Positions 22,894 to 36,690 of a stretch of 64,000 nt of DNA are shown in pieces (the stretch's first letter is position 1; every line of letters begins with the position of its first letter). Source of the stretch: Guillardia theta CCMP2712 (lineage: Eukaryota > Protista > Cryptophyta); contig NW_005434664.1 in NCBI RefSeq assembly GCF_000315625.1, positions 357,765 to 421,764 on the forward strand, given 5' to 3'. The notes under the pieces are model-generated. The model saw only the letters and a list, made by a program, of their open reading frames with translations. It made no database searches and had not been told where the DNA came from. Position numbers and translations under genes: made by a program.

Positions 22894-24329
22894 ATGGCGA
22901 ACAAGGGTTTGGCCGTGAAGCTGCTCATGGTGGCGGCTGCGGTAACCTGGCAGCCGGGGCGAGGAGCATGCGGCAAACGATCAGCGTGAGAGATGCAGAG
23001 GAGATGGAGGAGGCTGATCACTGAGACCTCGGTGTGTTCGCAGCTCAGCAGGAGGGACCTGCTACTCCTGCACCAGCGACTACGGTTGCGCATGGTGCCA
23101 GCAAGGGACCCTGTTGGGAACGTGCACGTCCATGTGGGCAGCCGATACGACAAGGCCTTCGCCGCAGACCGACTGCACGAAGTGGTCGTACACGCAGACT
23201 GAGTGCCCGGCCGTGGCTTGCGAGTCGCTGCGTACCTGCATGTCTTGCGTAAGCCCTGAAGTCATTCCTCCACTGTCGATCTTGACGGCATCCTAGCTCT
23301 CTAGCCCGATATCCTTTCAGAACGGGCGATATGTGGGATGCGGATGGTGCAACGGCACTCAATCATGCTCAGCAGGCACTTGGGCTGGCAGCTCGACTAT
23401 CGCAGGTGCAGCAATCAGTTGTGTTTGTCGTCCCTCGTCGATCATCTGACAGAGAGGGCGATGCAGTTTGTAGCGGATCGAACTGGACATTTGGGACCGG
23501 AAGATGCTCTTGCTGTGAGTGACCCCCTAGCTTCAGCTCAGTCTGAAAACATTCTGCGCAGTCAAGGGCTGCGATAACTGTACAGAAAACGACTGCGGGT
23601 AGACCCACTGACCGTTCTGATGCGCATCAGGCACAACTGAATGCTCATGCTAACCACAAGTCCTGTGCAGATGGTGCGAGACGACAGGCACTTGCATGCA
23701 GGGAGCCTTGTTTGCGGGCACTATGGGTCCCATCCTCCCTTCGGTTGACTACACTGTCGTAGACCCAGTGCTTGCTGCGGTGCGTTAGGATGGCGCATGG
23801 GAGCGACGTGGGTTGAAGCATCTTGCAGGCGCAGGAGACACTGTGGAATCAAACGAGGACACACCACCAGTGATCCCAACCTGACATGTGGACAACAAGA
23901 GCTCACGCCAGAGATCGCTCAGGTGGGAGAGCTTCCGCAACGGCCCGGGCTATGTCAGTGTCGAGAAGACGATGTGTCCAGATTGGTAAGTCAGCAAACC
24001 GAACAGGGCTGGGTACAGCTAACATGTTTCAAGGTACTGGAGCTCTTGTCCCTGCGATTACTATGCGACGTGCGAACGCTGCTTGTTGAAAGGCTCCTGC
24101 AGGCCAGTGGGCGGAAATTCTCTCTCCTGACAGCTCACGTCACATGACAGTTGGTGTATCCCTCGGCCGGAGGCGACGAAGGGGCAGGGAGTCTGCATGC
24201 CGATGGTTGATGCTGTCAGAGAGTGTAGGAGGGACAGAAACCTTGATTGGGGATGTACCGATCTACAGTTCTTCTGATCCAGAACTGGGCAACTGTCCCA
24301 AGTGGCAGGATTTGATGTTAAGTGCATGA
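22894..24329 (+). CDS. Secreted Cys-rich protein with PSI-like repeats (multi-exon; 3' end approximate)
   Basis: MANKGLAVKLLMVAAA followed by exons TCYSCTSDYGCAWCQ, CESLRTCMSC, GCGWCNGTQSCSAGT, GCDNCTENDCG|WCETTGTC, CDYYATCERCL and WCIP. Poorly represented in the ORF track because the exons are short. Confidence 0.7.
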
Positions 24330-24736
24330 TGATGGAATTCTTGTACTGTAATTCCCTCACGCATGTGTTGCCTGGTCTGTCAGATCTCATGGGACTGGAA
24401 AACCACAGATGAAAGGATGTCATAGGTATCAAGTAAATATTATTTGTTTTCTTAGCTCCTTGTTATCTGTACACCTCCGTTCCTTCCCCACCAACAAGAA
24501 CGTCAACTAGCGATCCTTTGCATCCTAAGTTTCACAGCATTAAGACAGTCTTTCTCGCATTTCCGTTTGTGTTGTGTAGTTTCAAGCGTCAAGGAAAGTA
24601 CTGTAGTCGTTGTATGTGTCGTCGAAATCGTTTGTCTCGAAACCATCCATGTAGTTGTAGAAAGAAGGATCGAGGTCGGTGTCATGGATAAAGCTCTGTA
24701 TGAAGCACAGTCACAACAGAATCAGGCAAGTCCTCA

Positions 24737-25305
24737 TCAGAGTATTACAGTAGGCTGCCCATAATACTTCACGTAGGGGTATCGGGCTTCGGTGGACCTC
24801 GTCGCTTCGTCCTGCGTTTCAAGAACCTGCAGCATGTCAGGTCATTCACCGACGTGCATGCAGGTGATGATGTGAGGGATGAGCATGAAGGGGAAGCAGC
24901 TCTTACATCCCCAGTCAGCCTCGGGTCGGGGACGTAAGGCATCCCCAAAGTTCCAACTACGTCGGGCTCCCCATCGTACTCCTGGTACACCTGCAGGAAA
25001 CCATTCACGTTCCCCGCGGCTCCGTCAGCAGTGCGAGCGCTACCGGACTGTACCAGGTGACCCCGTAGTCCTTCAACCTCTGCATCCTCAAGGCTACCGG
25101 GTTTGGCCTCGCTTGCAACAGCACCTGCATTGTTCAAGGACAAGTCAGGGCATCGTCCTCCGTCCCTCCACATGATCCCTCGCTCCCTCCTTCCCCTCAC
25201 CTTTCGCTCATCCCTCAGATCGGCATTCAGGGCTACCACAAGGATCACCATCATCCCCATGGTAGCCGCCGCGCCCATGAGCAGGCGCTGGTCCTGCCTT
25301 GCCAT
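24737..25305 (-). CDS. Small protein with N-terminal membrane anchor, function unknown
   Basis: MARQDQRLLMGAAATMGMMVILVVALNA; short GT-AG introns; likely ends RYPYVKYYGQPTVIL*. Confidence 0.5.
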
Positions 25306-26221
25306 TGCCCTGGCGGCTGTTCGACTCCGTGCCCTCGTCCCCGCTCAGGAAATTTCGCCCATCATCCCACCTCCGACACTGTGACTCCCGCCGGCCGGGC
25401 CGGCCGCCGGGTCCTGCGCCGGGTCGGTCACCCGGGCCCTCAGCGGCGGGTCACTGCCAGGGCACCCCCCGGCCCGGGAGTCCCGGCGATAAGCCTGCTG
25501 AGTCGGAAACTGGCTGGAGGCTGGAGGCTGAGCCTCGGAGCCTGGGCCAGCGGCCTGTGCCTGAGTCCGGGGCGGCCTGTACTAAGCCTAAGTTCTGAGT
25601 TCCGAGTCCGGGGGCCGCCCTGCCAACCCACCGTCCGGCGGGCCGGCGCCGGGCCCGACCGTCTCAGGAGTCCCGGAGTCGCCGGACGCCGTCCGATCAT
25701 CAACGGTAGTACCGGCTAATAAGCATGGGGTCTTGTCTTCAGGGCCTCTCTCTCTCTCTCTTTCCCTCTCTTCTCCCTCTTTCTTTTCTCCTCATTCTCA
25801 GGCTCTCTCTTCAGAGTCTCTTTTCCTTTCTCACTATCTCTTAATCTTTTTCTTTCTCCTATCCTTTCAGTCCCTGTTATCTTCCTATCCTTGCTCTACT
25901 TATAAATACTCTTATCTCTGAAGTCAATTACCTATCTGCTCTAACTTCGCTACTGCATACAATGACTAGCCCCCCGCCGGCCCCGGGCGAATCACGGCAC
26001 TGCTGCCACGCTCGGATGATGAATCATCCGAGTCGTGTACCTACTATGGGCCGGGCCCATCATCACTCACCAGCGGCGTGCCCGGCCGGGCCTTCAGCTG
26101 ACTCACGGCGTCGCCGGGTGCCTCACGGTGGGAGTGATCGAAGAGTCAGGTTGATATGAACTTAATTAACTTCATTCACTTGTCCAGTCTCCGCTCCTCC
26201 TCTCATCCGCTCCGAGAATAA

Positions 26222-29200
26222 TCAGCTGAAAAAGTTCCTCTGCGCTGCAAGGCCGAAGGGAGAGCCTCCCTGCCCGCCAGCTGGGAAGCTGCTCCTGTTC
26301 CTCACCGCGCTGGGCGTGACGGCGTCCAGGTTGAGCTCGACCTTGCCGCCGGGCAGGACCCCACCCCTCTTGGTTGACAGGGTGTCAACGTACCTTGAGG
26401 AGACCGGTCATGTGCAGAACAGTGCTACATCCTCCTCCTCCTCCTTCAATCCTCCTCCTCCTCATTTTCTATCAGAAGTCTCCTCCTCCTCCTCCTCCTC
26501 CTCCTCCTCCTCTCTCCCTCCTCCTCCTGCCCCTCGTTCCCACTCGTGCTCCTTCTCTACCAGAAACCTCTACATTCTTCTCCTCCTCTTCCTGCTCCTC
26601 CTCCTCCTCCTGCCGCTTCGTTTTAACATGTCTCCATTTTCTACCACAAGCCTCCTCTCCTGCCTCCTCCTCATCTATTTCCCGACCTCGTCTTCTCCCT
26701 CCCTCTACCTCAATCTGGCGCTGCTCTGATCGCTCGAAGAAGAATTCCCTCGAGGTCTTGCCTTGTTGCTGACGGCCCTGGAGGAAAGTGAGGGCGCGAG
26801 CCGACACACGACCATGAGAATGAGGAGGAGGAAATGAGGAGGAGGAGGAGGAGGAGGAGGAGGAGGCGAGAGGAGGAGGAGGAGGCGAGAGGAGGAGGCA
26901 GAAGGAGTAGAGGGAGGGGGAGGAGGATGGGAAGGTAGTGGAGGAGGAGGAGGATTAAATCATAGTGAATGACCTGAAGGACTCCTCGTACCCGAAATCG
27001 TGCATGATGGGAGGAAACGAGTCAAGACTGGGGAGCATACAATCAGAGACTCTTCCCCTCCTCCCTCGCAGAAGCATGCGGCCTACCTGTCCCCGTTGTG
27101 AGCCTGGTCGGTGTACACATGCAGCGATCGCTGGTTGAGTCGCATCTCTCCTTCTGACATCCTGAACTGTTCCAAGAGTGTCGGACGAGGGGGAGGAACA
27201 GGAGGGACGGGGGAGGACGAGGGAGGGGAGGAAGAGATGGAGGTTCTAGAGGGTTTAGGAAGAGGAGGAAGGGTGAGGGGCGGGGAAGAGAAGGAAGGGC
27301 GGGAAGCAAGAGGAGAGCAGAGAGGGAGAGGGGGCAGAAGGAAAGGACGAAGGGGGATGGGCTTGTGAAGAACCTGATGCTTCCTCCTCTCCTTGTCCTG
27401 CTCCATCTGAATCCTTAGCTCCTCCCTGTAGCTCTCCTTCTGCTGCTGCCTGTCCCTCTCGCTCCTCTGCTGAGCGAGCAAGGTCTGCAGGTGCGAGGTT
27501 GGTGCGGAGTGAAGACGGAGGCAGTTTGTTTCACCTGCTGCTTCTCCTGCTCCAGCACCTCAAGCTGCCTTCGCTGCTCGACCAGCTTCTGCTCCTCTTG
27601 CCTCCTCTTCCTCTCCTCGATGCTCTCAGCCAGCGTTTCTCTGCAGGTTCCCGTTAGATCAGGCGGAAGGAAGAGGAGGAAAAGGCAGAGGACAAGGATG
27701 AGGATGAGGATGAAGACGAGGATAAGAACGAGGATGAGGATGAGAGAGGAGTAGAGTGAAGGACGAGGAGGAACAAAACAGGAGCGCATGCATTCGGAGT
27801 GAGACGGAGGAGGAGGAGTGGAGGACGCGGGACGAGCATCCTCCATTTTGCTACCGATAGTCGGCCTTGAGCATGCTTCTCTCTCGCTCCTTCCTCTTCT
27901 CAAGATCCTTCTGCTTCTCCTCCCATCTCAACAAGTCCTGCAGGAACCTGGAGGAGATTTCAGGGCTGACCGCGCTCGCAGAGAGGAGGAGGAAGAAGAT
28001 GGAGGAGGGTAGGGACCGCACGTGCTGAGGAAAGAGGAAGGGGAAGGGGAGGGGGAGGGGAGAGTGCAAGGGAGAGTTGGAAAGCCCAACAGAAGTAGGG
28101 TAAGGAGATCTCGTGAGGGAACCTCTTCTCCTCTTCCTCTTGGATCTTCTTGTTTTTGTCTGCTCCGTCGCTTGCAAAGACCTCGAGCCGCCCGATCCTC
28201 TCTCTGCGCTTCTCCTCCATTTCTCTCCTCTTCCTCTCATTCTCGTCCAGCATGATGGCATACTGCAGTCGACCTCGATCAGGGATGGGCAGGAGCAGAC
28301 AGGAGGGAGACGCAAGGGAGGGAGGAGAGGGAGGGAGGAGAGGGAGGGAGGGAGGAGAGGGAGGGAGGGAGGAGAGGGAGGGAGGGAGGAGAGGGAGGGA
28401 GGGAAAGAGGTTAGGGGAGATAAGGAAAGTTTCAAGTACAAGGTGATAGAATAGAGGGAGCCAAGCAACGTGTCTTATCTTTCATCTCGTTAGATTTTAA
28501 TGAAACAAACTGTCTTCCTGACACGAATGACAAAAACCTCCATAAAGCGAGAAAGGGAGAAAATTGAGAAACAGACAAGACAAGACAAGACAAGACAAGA
28601 CAAGACCAGACAAGACAAGACCAGATCTGTGTCTGTTACATGCTCCCTTCGATCGTTATGTTGAACGAGCGCTTGATAAGCTGTGAGTAGGGATCGACAG
28701 CGTTGTATGCTCCTGGCCCTGCGACCGCAACCCGTCATGGTCAACCTCCTTCACCCTCACGCCCGCACCGGGTGTTGCCTGCGCCTTCATCGAGAACCTC
28801 GGGCCCGCTCCGAAAGTTGCCTGGCATGAGGCACTCAGAACGAGGAGAAGGAAGTAGATATGCAAGGAGGAGGTGGTGGTGGTGGTAATGTGGTGGTGGA
28901 GGTGGTGGAGGAGGTGGTAGAGCAGGAGGAGGAGGTGGTGGTGGTGGAGCAGGAGGAGCAGGAGGAGCAGGAGGAGCAGGAGGAGCAGGAGGAGCAGGAG
29001 ATTGAGGGAAGGAAAAGAGGGAAAAGTTTGTCTTACAGAGGTCAAGTCCTCCCCTAAAAGTGCTTTTCGCTTCTGAAGCTTCTGAAGCTCGCTGTTGAGC
29101 TGCACAACAAGTCACCAACCCTAATTGAGTTGAGGAGGTGGTGGTAGTGGTAGTGGTGTTGGGAGGGGAAGGGGANNNNNNNNNNNNNNNNNNNNNNNNN

Positions 29201-31193
29201 NNNNNNNNNNNNNNNNNNNNNNNNNNNNNNNNNNNNNNNNNNNNNNNNNNNNNNNNNNNNNNNNNNNNNNNNNNNNNNNNNNNNNNNNNNNNNNNNNNNN
29301 NNNNNNNNNNNNNNNNNNNNNNNNNNNNNNNNNNNNNNNNNNNNNNNNNNNNNNNNNNNNNNNNNNNNNNNNNNNNNNNNNNNNNNNNNNNNNNNNNNNN
29401 NNNNNNNNNNNNNNNNNNNNNNNNNNNNNNNNNNNNNNNNNNNNNNNNNNNNNNNNNNNNNNNNNNNNNNNNNNNNNNNNNNNNNNNNNNNNNNNNNNNN
29501 NNNNNNNNNNNNNNNNNNNNNNNNNNNNNNNNNNNNNNNNNNNNNNNNNNNNNNNNNNNNNNNNNNNNNNNNNNNNNNNNNNNNNNNNNNNNNNNNNNNN
29601 NCTCTACTTCTGACCTCCTCCTCTGCTCCCTCTCCACCCGCACTGCATGGTTCCGATCTCGCAGCTGTCGGTCGTACATCTCCTTAACCCTCGATGCCTC
29701 CTCCTTCTGCTTCTGCTTGCTTCGCTGCTCCTCCTCCCGCAGGACCTCCAGGCTTCTCTGCGCATCCTCGAGCTCCCTTTTCTTCTCCCTCTTTTCGCGC
29801 TCCTCACTCCTCCTCCGCTCCTCCATCTGCTGTTGGATGTACTCCATGTAGTCTTTCTGCTCCTGTTTCCTTTGCTCCTTCCACCCCTGCTCTCCCCTCA
29901 CTGCTGCCTCGTCCTGTAGCCGCTGCAGCGCCGCCCATTCGTCCACTTCTCCTCGAGGACGCCGCGGCATGACAGAGTCGTGCGTCCTCTCCGTCGGCGA
30001 CTTGCCGCCGTAGCGATACTCTGACGGCTTCCACATAGCTTCCCTGTCCAGCACTGGCGTGCATACGTCCCTATCCCCTCCTCTGCTCCTCCTGGAATCT
30101 CGTTCTCTCCTCTGCTCCTCCTCTTCCTCCTCCATCCTCCTCTCCATCTCCCTCCTCTCCCAATCCTCCCTTTGCGGCTCACTCCTCCTCGTCTGGGGAG
30201 AAGGATGGCGGGGCTCAATGTGCTGGCCGTACCGGTTGTGCTCGTGAGCCCCAACATGGGGTGTCCGTCCAGCGGCTCTGTGGCGATCCTCCTCCTCCTC
30301 TCTCCTCGCTGAGATTTCTCCAGAGTAAACTTTGATCCTCGTGATAAGACGGTTGAGGACGCTGGAAGGGCAGAAGAGAAGTTTGAATCAGCAGACGAGG
30401 AAACGCGAGGAAAAATGAACATGAGGAGGGGGGTGGAGATGAAGGAGGAGGGAGGAGGGAGATGAAGGAGGAGGGAGGAGGGAGGAGGGAGAAGGGAGGA
30501 GGGAGGAGGGAGAAGGGATGAAGGATGAGGGATGAGGGATGAGGGATGAGGGAGATGAAGGAGGAGGGAGGATGGACGAGGGAGGAGGGAGGAGGGAGGA
30601 GGGAGGGGAGCGGGGCCGGGAAGGATGCTGGAGGAGGTCAAGGATGCTAGTTGAGGTCAACGAGGAGATGAGGAGCAGGTACCTCTCGCTGACATCCTCT
30701 TCCGAGTCGTATTCCTCCAGCACCCTGTCAGCTGCCCCTTTCCTCTTTCTCAGCTGATCCAAACTCAATCCTCCCTCGTTGCAGAACGCTTGCAGTTCTC
30801 GATTGACCTAGAAACAAAGAAAGCCAAGTATCATTTACAAGGAAACAAAGTTTTCTTGGTCCTCCCTCCCCTACTTCCCCTCCCTCCATTTATTCTTCCT
30901 TGCTTCCTCCACTTTCTCCTAGTCCTCTCCCTCTCGCACACGCTGATCAGGCATCCTCCATCGCTCACCTTTCCCCTCCTCCTCGCTCTGAGTACAGACT
31001 CCCGGTCTCGGGCTCTGTGCGACCCACTCCTGCGGGGAGAGGATATGGCTTCCGATTGCCTATCGCTTTCCTTTCTCCTCGCAGCTTCTCCTGCTTGCTC
31101 GAGCCAAGGAGGCGTCCTGCTCCAGGGAACCCCATCGCCCTCCCGCTCATTGCGCGAGAAATGGGTGTAGGTTTCAGCGCGATACTGCGGCAT
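26222..31193 (-). CDS. Large E/R/K/Q-rich coiled-coil protein, multi-exon, interrupted by a gap
   Basis: Exons such as VDEWAALQRLQDE...EYIQQQMEERRR and YREELRIQMEQDKERRK, ending GLAAQRNFFS*; introns filled with GGA/CCT repeats. Confidence 0.6.
29176..29601. other. Assembly gap (others: 5094-5193, 31935-32671, 34279-34378, 36828-36927, 38109-38836)
   Basis: N runs. Confidence 1.
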
Positions 31194-32789
31194 CGATCAA
31201 GCAGCGAGAGCAACAGGAGGCATCCTCAAGAGAAGAAATGAACTCCACTCCAGCACGTTCTCTATTCCGTTTGCCTCCAACAACAGCCCAACTTCATCTT
31301 CTTTCAAGTTTGCACAGGAAGCTCTGCTTCAAGTTGACAACCTCGTTGGTCGTGTCTGTTCAACACCGTTAAATTTTAGCCTTGCATGCAATCATGAGTT
31401 CTAACAAGTTCGATACTGTTCATATGTTCATACAAGAGCAATCAGATGTTTTCTCTACTCCAAATGTCGCCTGCTGCATGCTGGATGCCCTCCACATGGA
31501 ATCACGGGGGACTGGGAGTTTGTTAAGGCAGGGCAAGGCAGAGAGGGCGGGCGGGAGGGAGAGAAGACAAGAACACACGATACAGAGAAGAGAAAGGAGG
31601 AGAAGTCAGAATCGTTCTGCTCATCACACATATCGCTGAGCCCCGAGATCTGCCATGGTCTGACTTGCGCCTCAATATTCGATATGACCACCTAGTTCCC
31701 TCTTGTACCCTGATCTCCCATCCATGTAGCATCCTTCGCTCCTGTCCCTTCTACTCTCCTGCTCTCTCCTGCTCTCTCCTGCTCTCCTGCTCTTCTACTC
31801 TTCTCTATCGCTGCCGCCTGTCCGGCCCCTCCCTTGCCCCGTCCCCCTCCGGCCATTTTTGTTGTGTTGCTAACCGTTAGAGGGCCCAACTCGAAGTTTC
31901 TTCAGTGTTTTGACATTTTCCGTGCTTCCGGCCCNNNNNNNNNNNNNNNNNNNNNNNNNNNNNNNNNNNNNNNNNNNNNNNNNNNNNNNNNNNNNNNNNN
32001 NNNNNNNNNNNNNNNNNNNNNNNNNNNNNNNNNNNNNNNNNNNNNNNNNNNNNNNNNNNNNNNNNNNNNNNNNNNNNNNNNNNNNNNNNNNNNNNNNNNN
32101 NNNNNNNNNNNNNNNNNNNNNNNNNNNNNNNNNNNNNNNNNNNNNNNNNNNNNNNNNNNNNNNNNNNNNNNNNNNNNNNNNNNNNNNNNNNNNNNNNNNN
32201 NNNNNNNNNNNNNNNNNNNNNNNNNNNNNNNNNNNNNNNNNNNNNNNNNNNNNNNNNNNNNNNNNNNNNNNNNNNNNNNNNNNNNNNNNNNNNNNNNNNN
32301 NNNNNNNNNNNNNNNNNNNNNNNNNNNNNNNNNNNNNNNNNNNNNNNNNNNNNNNNNNNNNNNNNNNNNNNNNNNNNNNNNNNNNNNNNNNNNNNNNNNN
32401 NNNNNNNNNNNNNNNNNNNNNNNNNNNNNNNNNNNNNNNNNNNNNNNNNNNNNNNNNNNNNNNNNNNNNNNNNNNNNNNNNNNNNNNNNNNNNNNNNNNN
32501 NNNNNNNNNNNNNNNNNNNNNNNNNNNNNNNNNNNNNNNNNNNNNNNNNNNNNNNNNNNNNNNNNNNNNNNNNNNNNNNNNNNNNNNNNNNNNNNNNNNN
32601 NNNNNNNNNNNNNNNNNNNNNNNNNNNNNNNNNNNNNNNNNNNNNNNNNNNNNNNNNNNNNNNNNNNNNNNAAAAAAAAAACACACAGAAAACATACCAA
32701 AAAACACCGTACTACAAACCCCCTCGCTCCCTGCTCCCTGCTCCTTCCCTCCTTCCCTACTTGCCTCCCTCCTCTCTCTGACCCAGCCC

Positions 32790-34223
32790 AGGTCACTTTG
32801 AAGGAAACGTCGTGCAGCTGAATGGCCAGTGCGGCTTTGAGATCAGAGACGACGCGTCTGCCTACCTCTCTCGCAACCTCGTCATGCGGAACATTCACAT
32901 GGGGTTCCTCATCTACAACGGTGCTTCCGGTCTCCTCCAGGTCCCTCTGCCTCCTGCTGCTGCTGCTGCTGCTGCTCCTGCTGCTGCTCCTGCTGCTGCT
33001 CCTGCTCCTGCTCCTCTGCTTCTCCTGCTGCTCCTGCTCCTTGCCCGTCGCCCCCTATCCTCATCCTCATCCTCATCGTTCCTCGTTCTCGTCCTCACTC
33101 CTCATATCCGTTTCCCCTCTCCCTTCCCCAATCGTTTTCTCGTTCTTACGATGATCGTAGGACAATGAGGTCGCCTGCAACGGCATGAGCGGCATTTGCG
33201 TCATGCTCAATTCCTCCCCCAACATCTCTAGGAATCTCATCCGCGATAATTGCCAGCATGGCATTTTCTTCACGCAAGGTTCCTGCTGCTGCTGCTGCTG
33301 CTCCTCCTCCTCCTCCTCCCTCCCCCTCCCCCTCCCCCTCCTCTCTCTCCTCTCCTCCCCTTCTCCTTTTCCTCTTCCTCCTCTTGCTCCTTCTGCTGCT
33401 CCTGCTTGTGCTCCTGCTCCTGCTGCTCTGTCTTCTGCATGCTGAGATTCGGGAGCAGGAGGGAAAGGGAACGTCGAGTCGAACCAGATTCACTCCAACA
33501 GGAAGCAAGGCGTTAGGATCGAAGGGCCGTCGGACCCCATCATACAGCGCAACACAATCTTCAACGGCCTCAAACATGGCATCCTCGTGTGCGACGGAGG
33601 TTGCCGATCCTCCATGCTACCTCTTTCCTCTTTGCTCCTTGCTCGTTCTTCCTGCCTCTTTTCTCCTTCCCCACCTCCCTCCCTTCCTTCCTCCATCACC
33701 TCTCCCCCTAACTTTCCCATTGCCTTGGTCCCTTCTCCTTCTCCCTCGCCCTCCCTCCCTCCCTCCTAACCGCGGTCTTACCTTCCTCCAGCACATTGCC
33801 TCTTATTTCTTCCTCCTCTCCTTCTTCCTCCTCTCCTTCCTCCTCCTCTCTCTTTCCTCTTCCTCCCCATGACCCTCGTGCTACAGGCCGAGGAACCATC
33901 CAGGGCAATAGCGTGCTGCGCAACAAGGGCAGCGGCATCAAGATCAGGAGCGAGGGGAGCCCTGTGGTCGCGGCCAATCGTTTCCATCACGGGGAGGGGA
34001 GGGGGATTCACGTCGCGTCTTCGGGCATGGGAGAAGTCTGCTGCAACTCCATTTACCAGAATGCGATGGAGGTACCGCTCCTCCTGCTCCACCTGCTCCT
34101 GCTGCTGCTCCTGCTCCTTCTCCTTCTCCTTCTCCTGCTCCTGCTCCTGCTGCTCCTGCTGCTCCTCTTTGTCCTTGTCTTCCATTGTCCTTTCCTTTCC
34201 GCCTCCTCGTTCTCCTCCTCATC

Positions 34224-34274
<51 letters not shown>

Positions 34275-35642
34275 GCCTNNNNNNNNNNNNNNNNNNNNNN
34301 NNNNNNNNNNNNNNNNNNNNNNNNNNNNNNNNNNNNNNNNNNNNNNNNNNNNNNNNNNNNNNNNNNNNNNNNNNNNNNGGGGGGGGGGGGGAGGGAGGGG
34401 GAGGGAGTAGCGACTCATTGCCATGTAGTCCATGACTTGTTGCGCAGGATGTTCCTAAGAGCTTGCTGAGGCCATGGAGGAGTCCGAACCCCTTGTGCGC
34501 TACTCCTCCCCTTCTGCTCCCTTCCAGCTTGCGCTGCTTCCTCCTCTTCTGCTCCTTTCCCACTTGCGCTGCTTCCTATTCTACAACTCCCCCCTGACAT
34601 ACGCACTAGGACGACGTCACCCTGAACGGGGATGACCAGCTCCAGTTCGTCAATTGCAGCCCCGACAGGACGGGCGTGTTCGGTGAAGAGATCGCTCCAA
34701 CGTAAGGAGATGCGGCAGAGCGACGGCTGCGATGATGCTGACAACTGCTGCCAGCATCTCCGTCTTCAAGCAAGATGGCGCACTTCATGGCATGTACTCG
34801 ACGATCAAGGACGCCATAGCGGCATCCGAGGAGGGATACACGGTCATGCTGGCCACTGGTGTCTTCGAGGAGGATTGCGTCATTGACAAGCCTCTGAAGA
34901 TGGTTTCAAGGGACCATAACCTTCCCTTCGTCCACAAGGACCCGCTGGTATCGTCCGGGCTCATGTACGTGGGCTGCGGGATCATATCGAGGAGGAGGAG
35001 GGAGCCTTGCTTGCTCGTCAGGTGCGCTGGGGTGCATCTTAGCGGCATTGCCATCAGCCAGATCGACATACCCATCGACCTGGACGGCGACAAGGAGGGG
35101 GGAGGCGAAGCGCAGATGAATGGAGAGGAAGCACACGGTACGAGCGCTGTGGTGGTGGTGGAGGAGGGGCAGCTGTCGATGGAGAATTGCTATGTCTCTG
35201 CTGCCTTCGGGAGCTGCATCTCCATCAGGGGAGCGTCGTCCTCCATCTCCATGAAGAACTGCCGCATCATGGAAGGGTTTGGAGGGGGGATGAGGCTCGA
35301 GGACGGGAGCCATGGGCTGATGATCGAGTGCGACGTCGCATCCAACAAGGGGACGGGGGTGGTGGTCAACAACAAGTCGCACCTGATCATAGAGCACAGC
35401 CAGGTAGGAGGAGAGGGGAGGAGGAGAGGGGAAGAGGAGGAGGAGGAGGAGGAGGAGGGACGGAGGGATGGGGGTTAGAGCTGCACAAGGAGGAAGGGAG
35501 GAGGGGGAGGAGGCAGGGAAGTTGGGGAGTCGGGAAATGGGAAGACTTAGCCCTAGAGGAAGGAGTAGGAGTGGATTGATGGGGGAAGTAGGTTTAAGTA
35601 TGTTTGAGAATCGTGAGGGGGTGGAGGGGGAGGAGCAGGAGC

Positions 35643-35675
<33 letters not shown>

Positions 35676-36690
35676 AGCAGGAGGAGCAGGAGGAGGAGAA
35701 GGAGGAGGAAGATGAAGTGGTGAGTCGAGCCATTGACGATGGAGCAGGTGAGGGATGGGTTGGAGGACGGAGTTGTGTTCGACTGCTCTTCCACCGGATG
35801 CCTTGATCGATGTCAAGTGTTCAAGAACAGCGGGAGCGGAGTTGTCATATCGGGGGGCTCCGAGCCCGATGTGCAGGAGTGCAGGATATTTCAGAACTAC
35901 AGGTGGGGAGGGAAGGGGCGGGACGGGGTCGGAGGGATGGCAAGAGGTAGTAGTAGGAGTAGGAGTAGTAGGAGGAGGAGGAGGAAGAGGAGTAGTAGTA
36001 GGAGGAAGAGGAGGAGGAGGAGGAGGAGGAGGAGGAGGTTGTGGTGGTGGTTGTGGTGGTGTTGTGGTGGTGGTGGATCAGGAGGGGGAGGAGGAGGTGA
36101 TGGAAGGATGTTAGAGATGAAGCTGGGAAGAGAGTCAGGACGGAAACGGGGAAGAGAAGTGCAAGGAGGGGGCAAGTTGAAGGGAAGGAGGGGTGACACT
36201 GTTCTGCAGCTTCGGGGTCATGGTCAGAGACGTGGGGAGGGGAGAATCATGTCCAACGACATCTTCGAGAACGCCGGAGGAGAGGTGAAGTAGATTGGGA
36301 GGAGGAGGAGGAGGAGGAGGAGGAGGAGGAGGAGGAGGACTGAGATGAGAAATAGATCGAGATCAGAGGGAAGGGGAAAACCCCGCAAGTAGAGGGGAAC
36401 AAGATCCACGATTCCTCGAGCAGTGGGATCAGCGTCGATGGAGGAGCAGGGAGGTTCTACGGGAACGAGATCTACTCCAACGCGAGAGCAGGTAAAGGAT
36501 GGGCAAAAAGAGGAGGGGAAGGGAGCGGGAGGAGAATGAGGAGGAGAAGGAGGAGGAAAGACGCAAGGGGTTTGTTGATGCTTGCGACAAAGGGGTGAAG
36601 GTGAGGAACGAATCAAAGATTGAGTTCGTGAAGAACGTCGTGTGCGCGGGTAAACACAGCGGAGTTGTTGTCGAGTCGAGATCCAACGGT
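32790..36690 (+). CDS. Right-handed parallel beta-helix (PbH1/NosD/FBXO11-like) repeat protein, partial
   Basis: Repeated units N-x-I-x-x-N-x-x-x-G-I/V (RNLIRDNCQHGIFF, SNQIHSNRKQGVRI, RNTIFNGLKHGILV, GNSVLRNKGSGIKI). A second helix starts at YSTIKDAIAASEEGYTVMLATGVFEE. Flanked by gaps. Confidence 0.8.

Noticed and set aside
23350-23790. Apparent inverted similarity (QQALGL in opposite-strand ORFs)
   Set aside because: Short and degenerate; one side is explained by a PSI exon in another frame.
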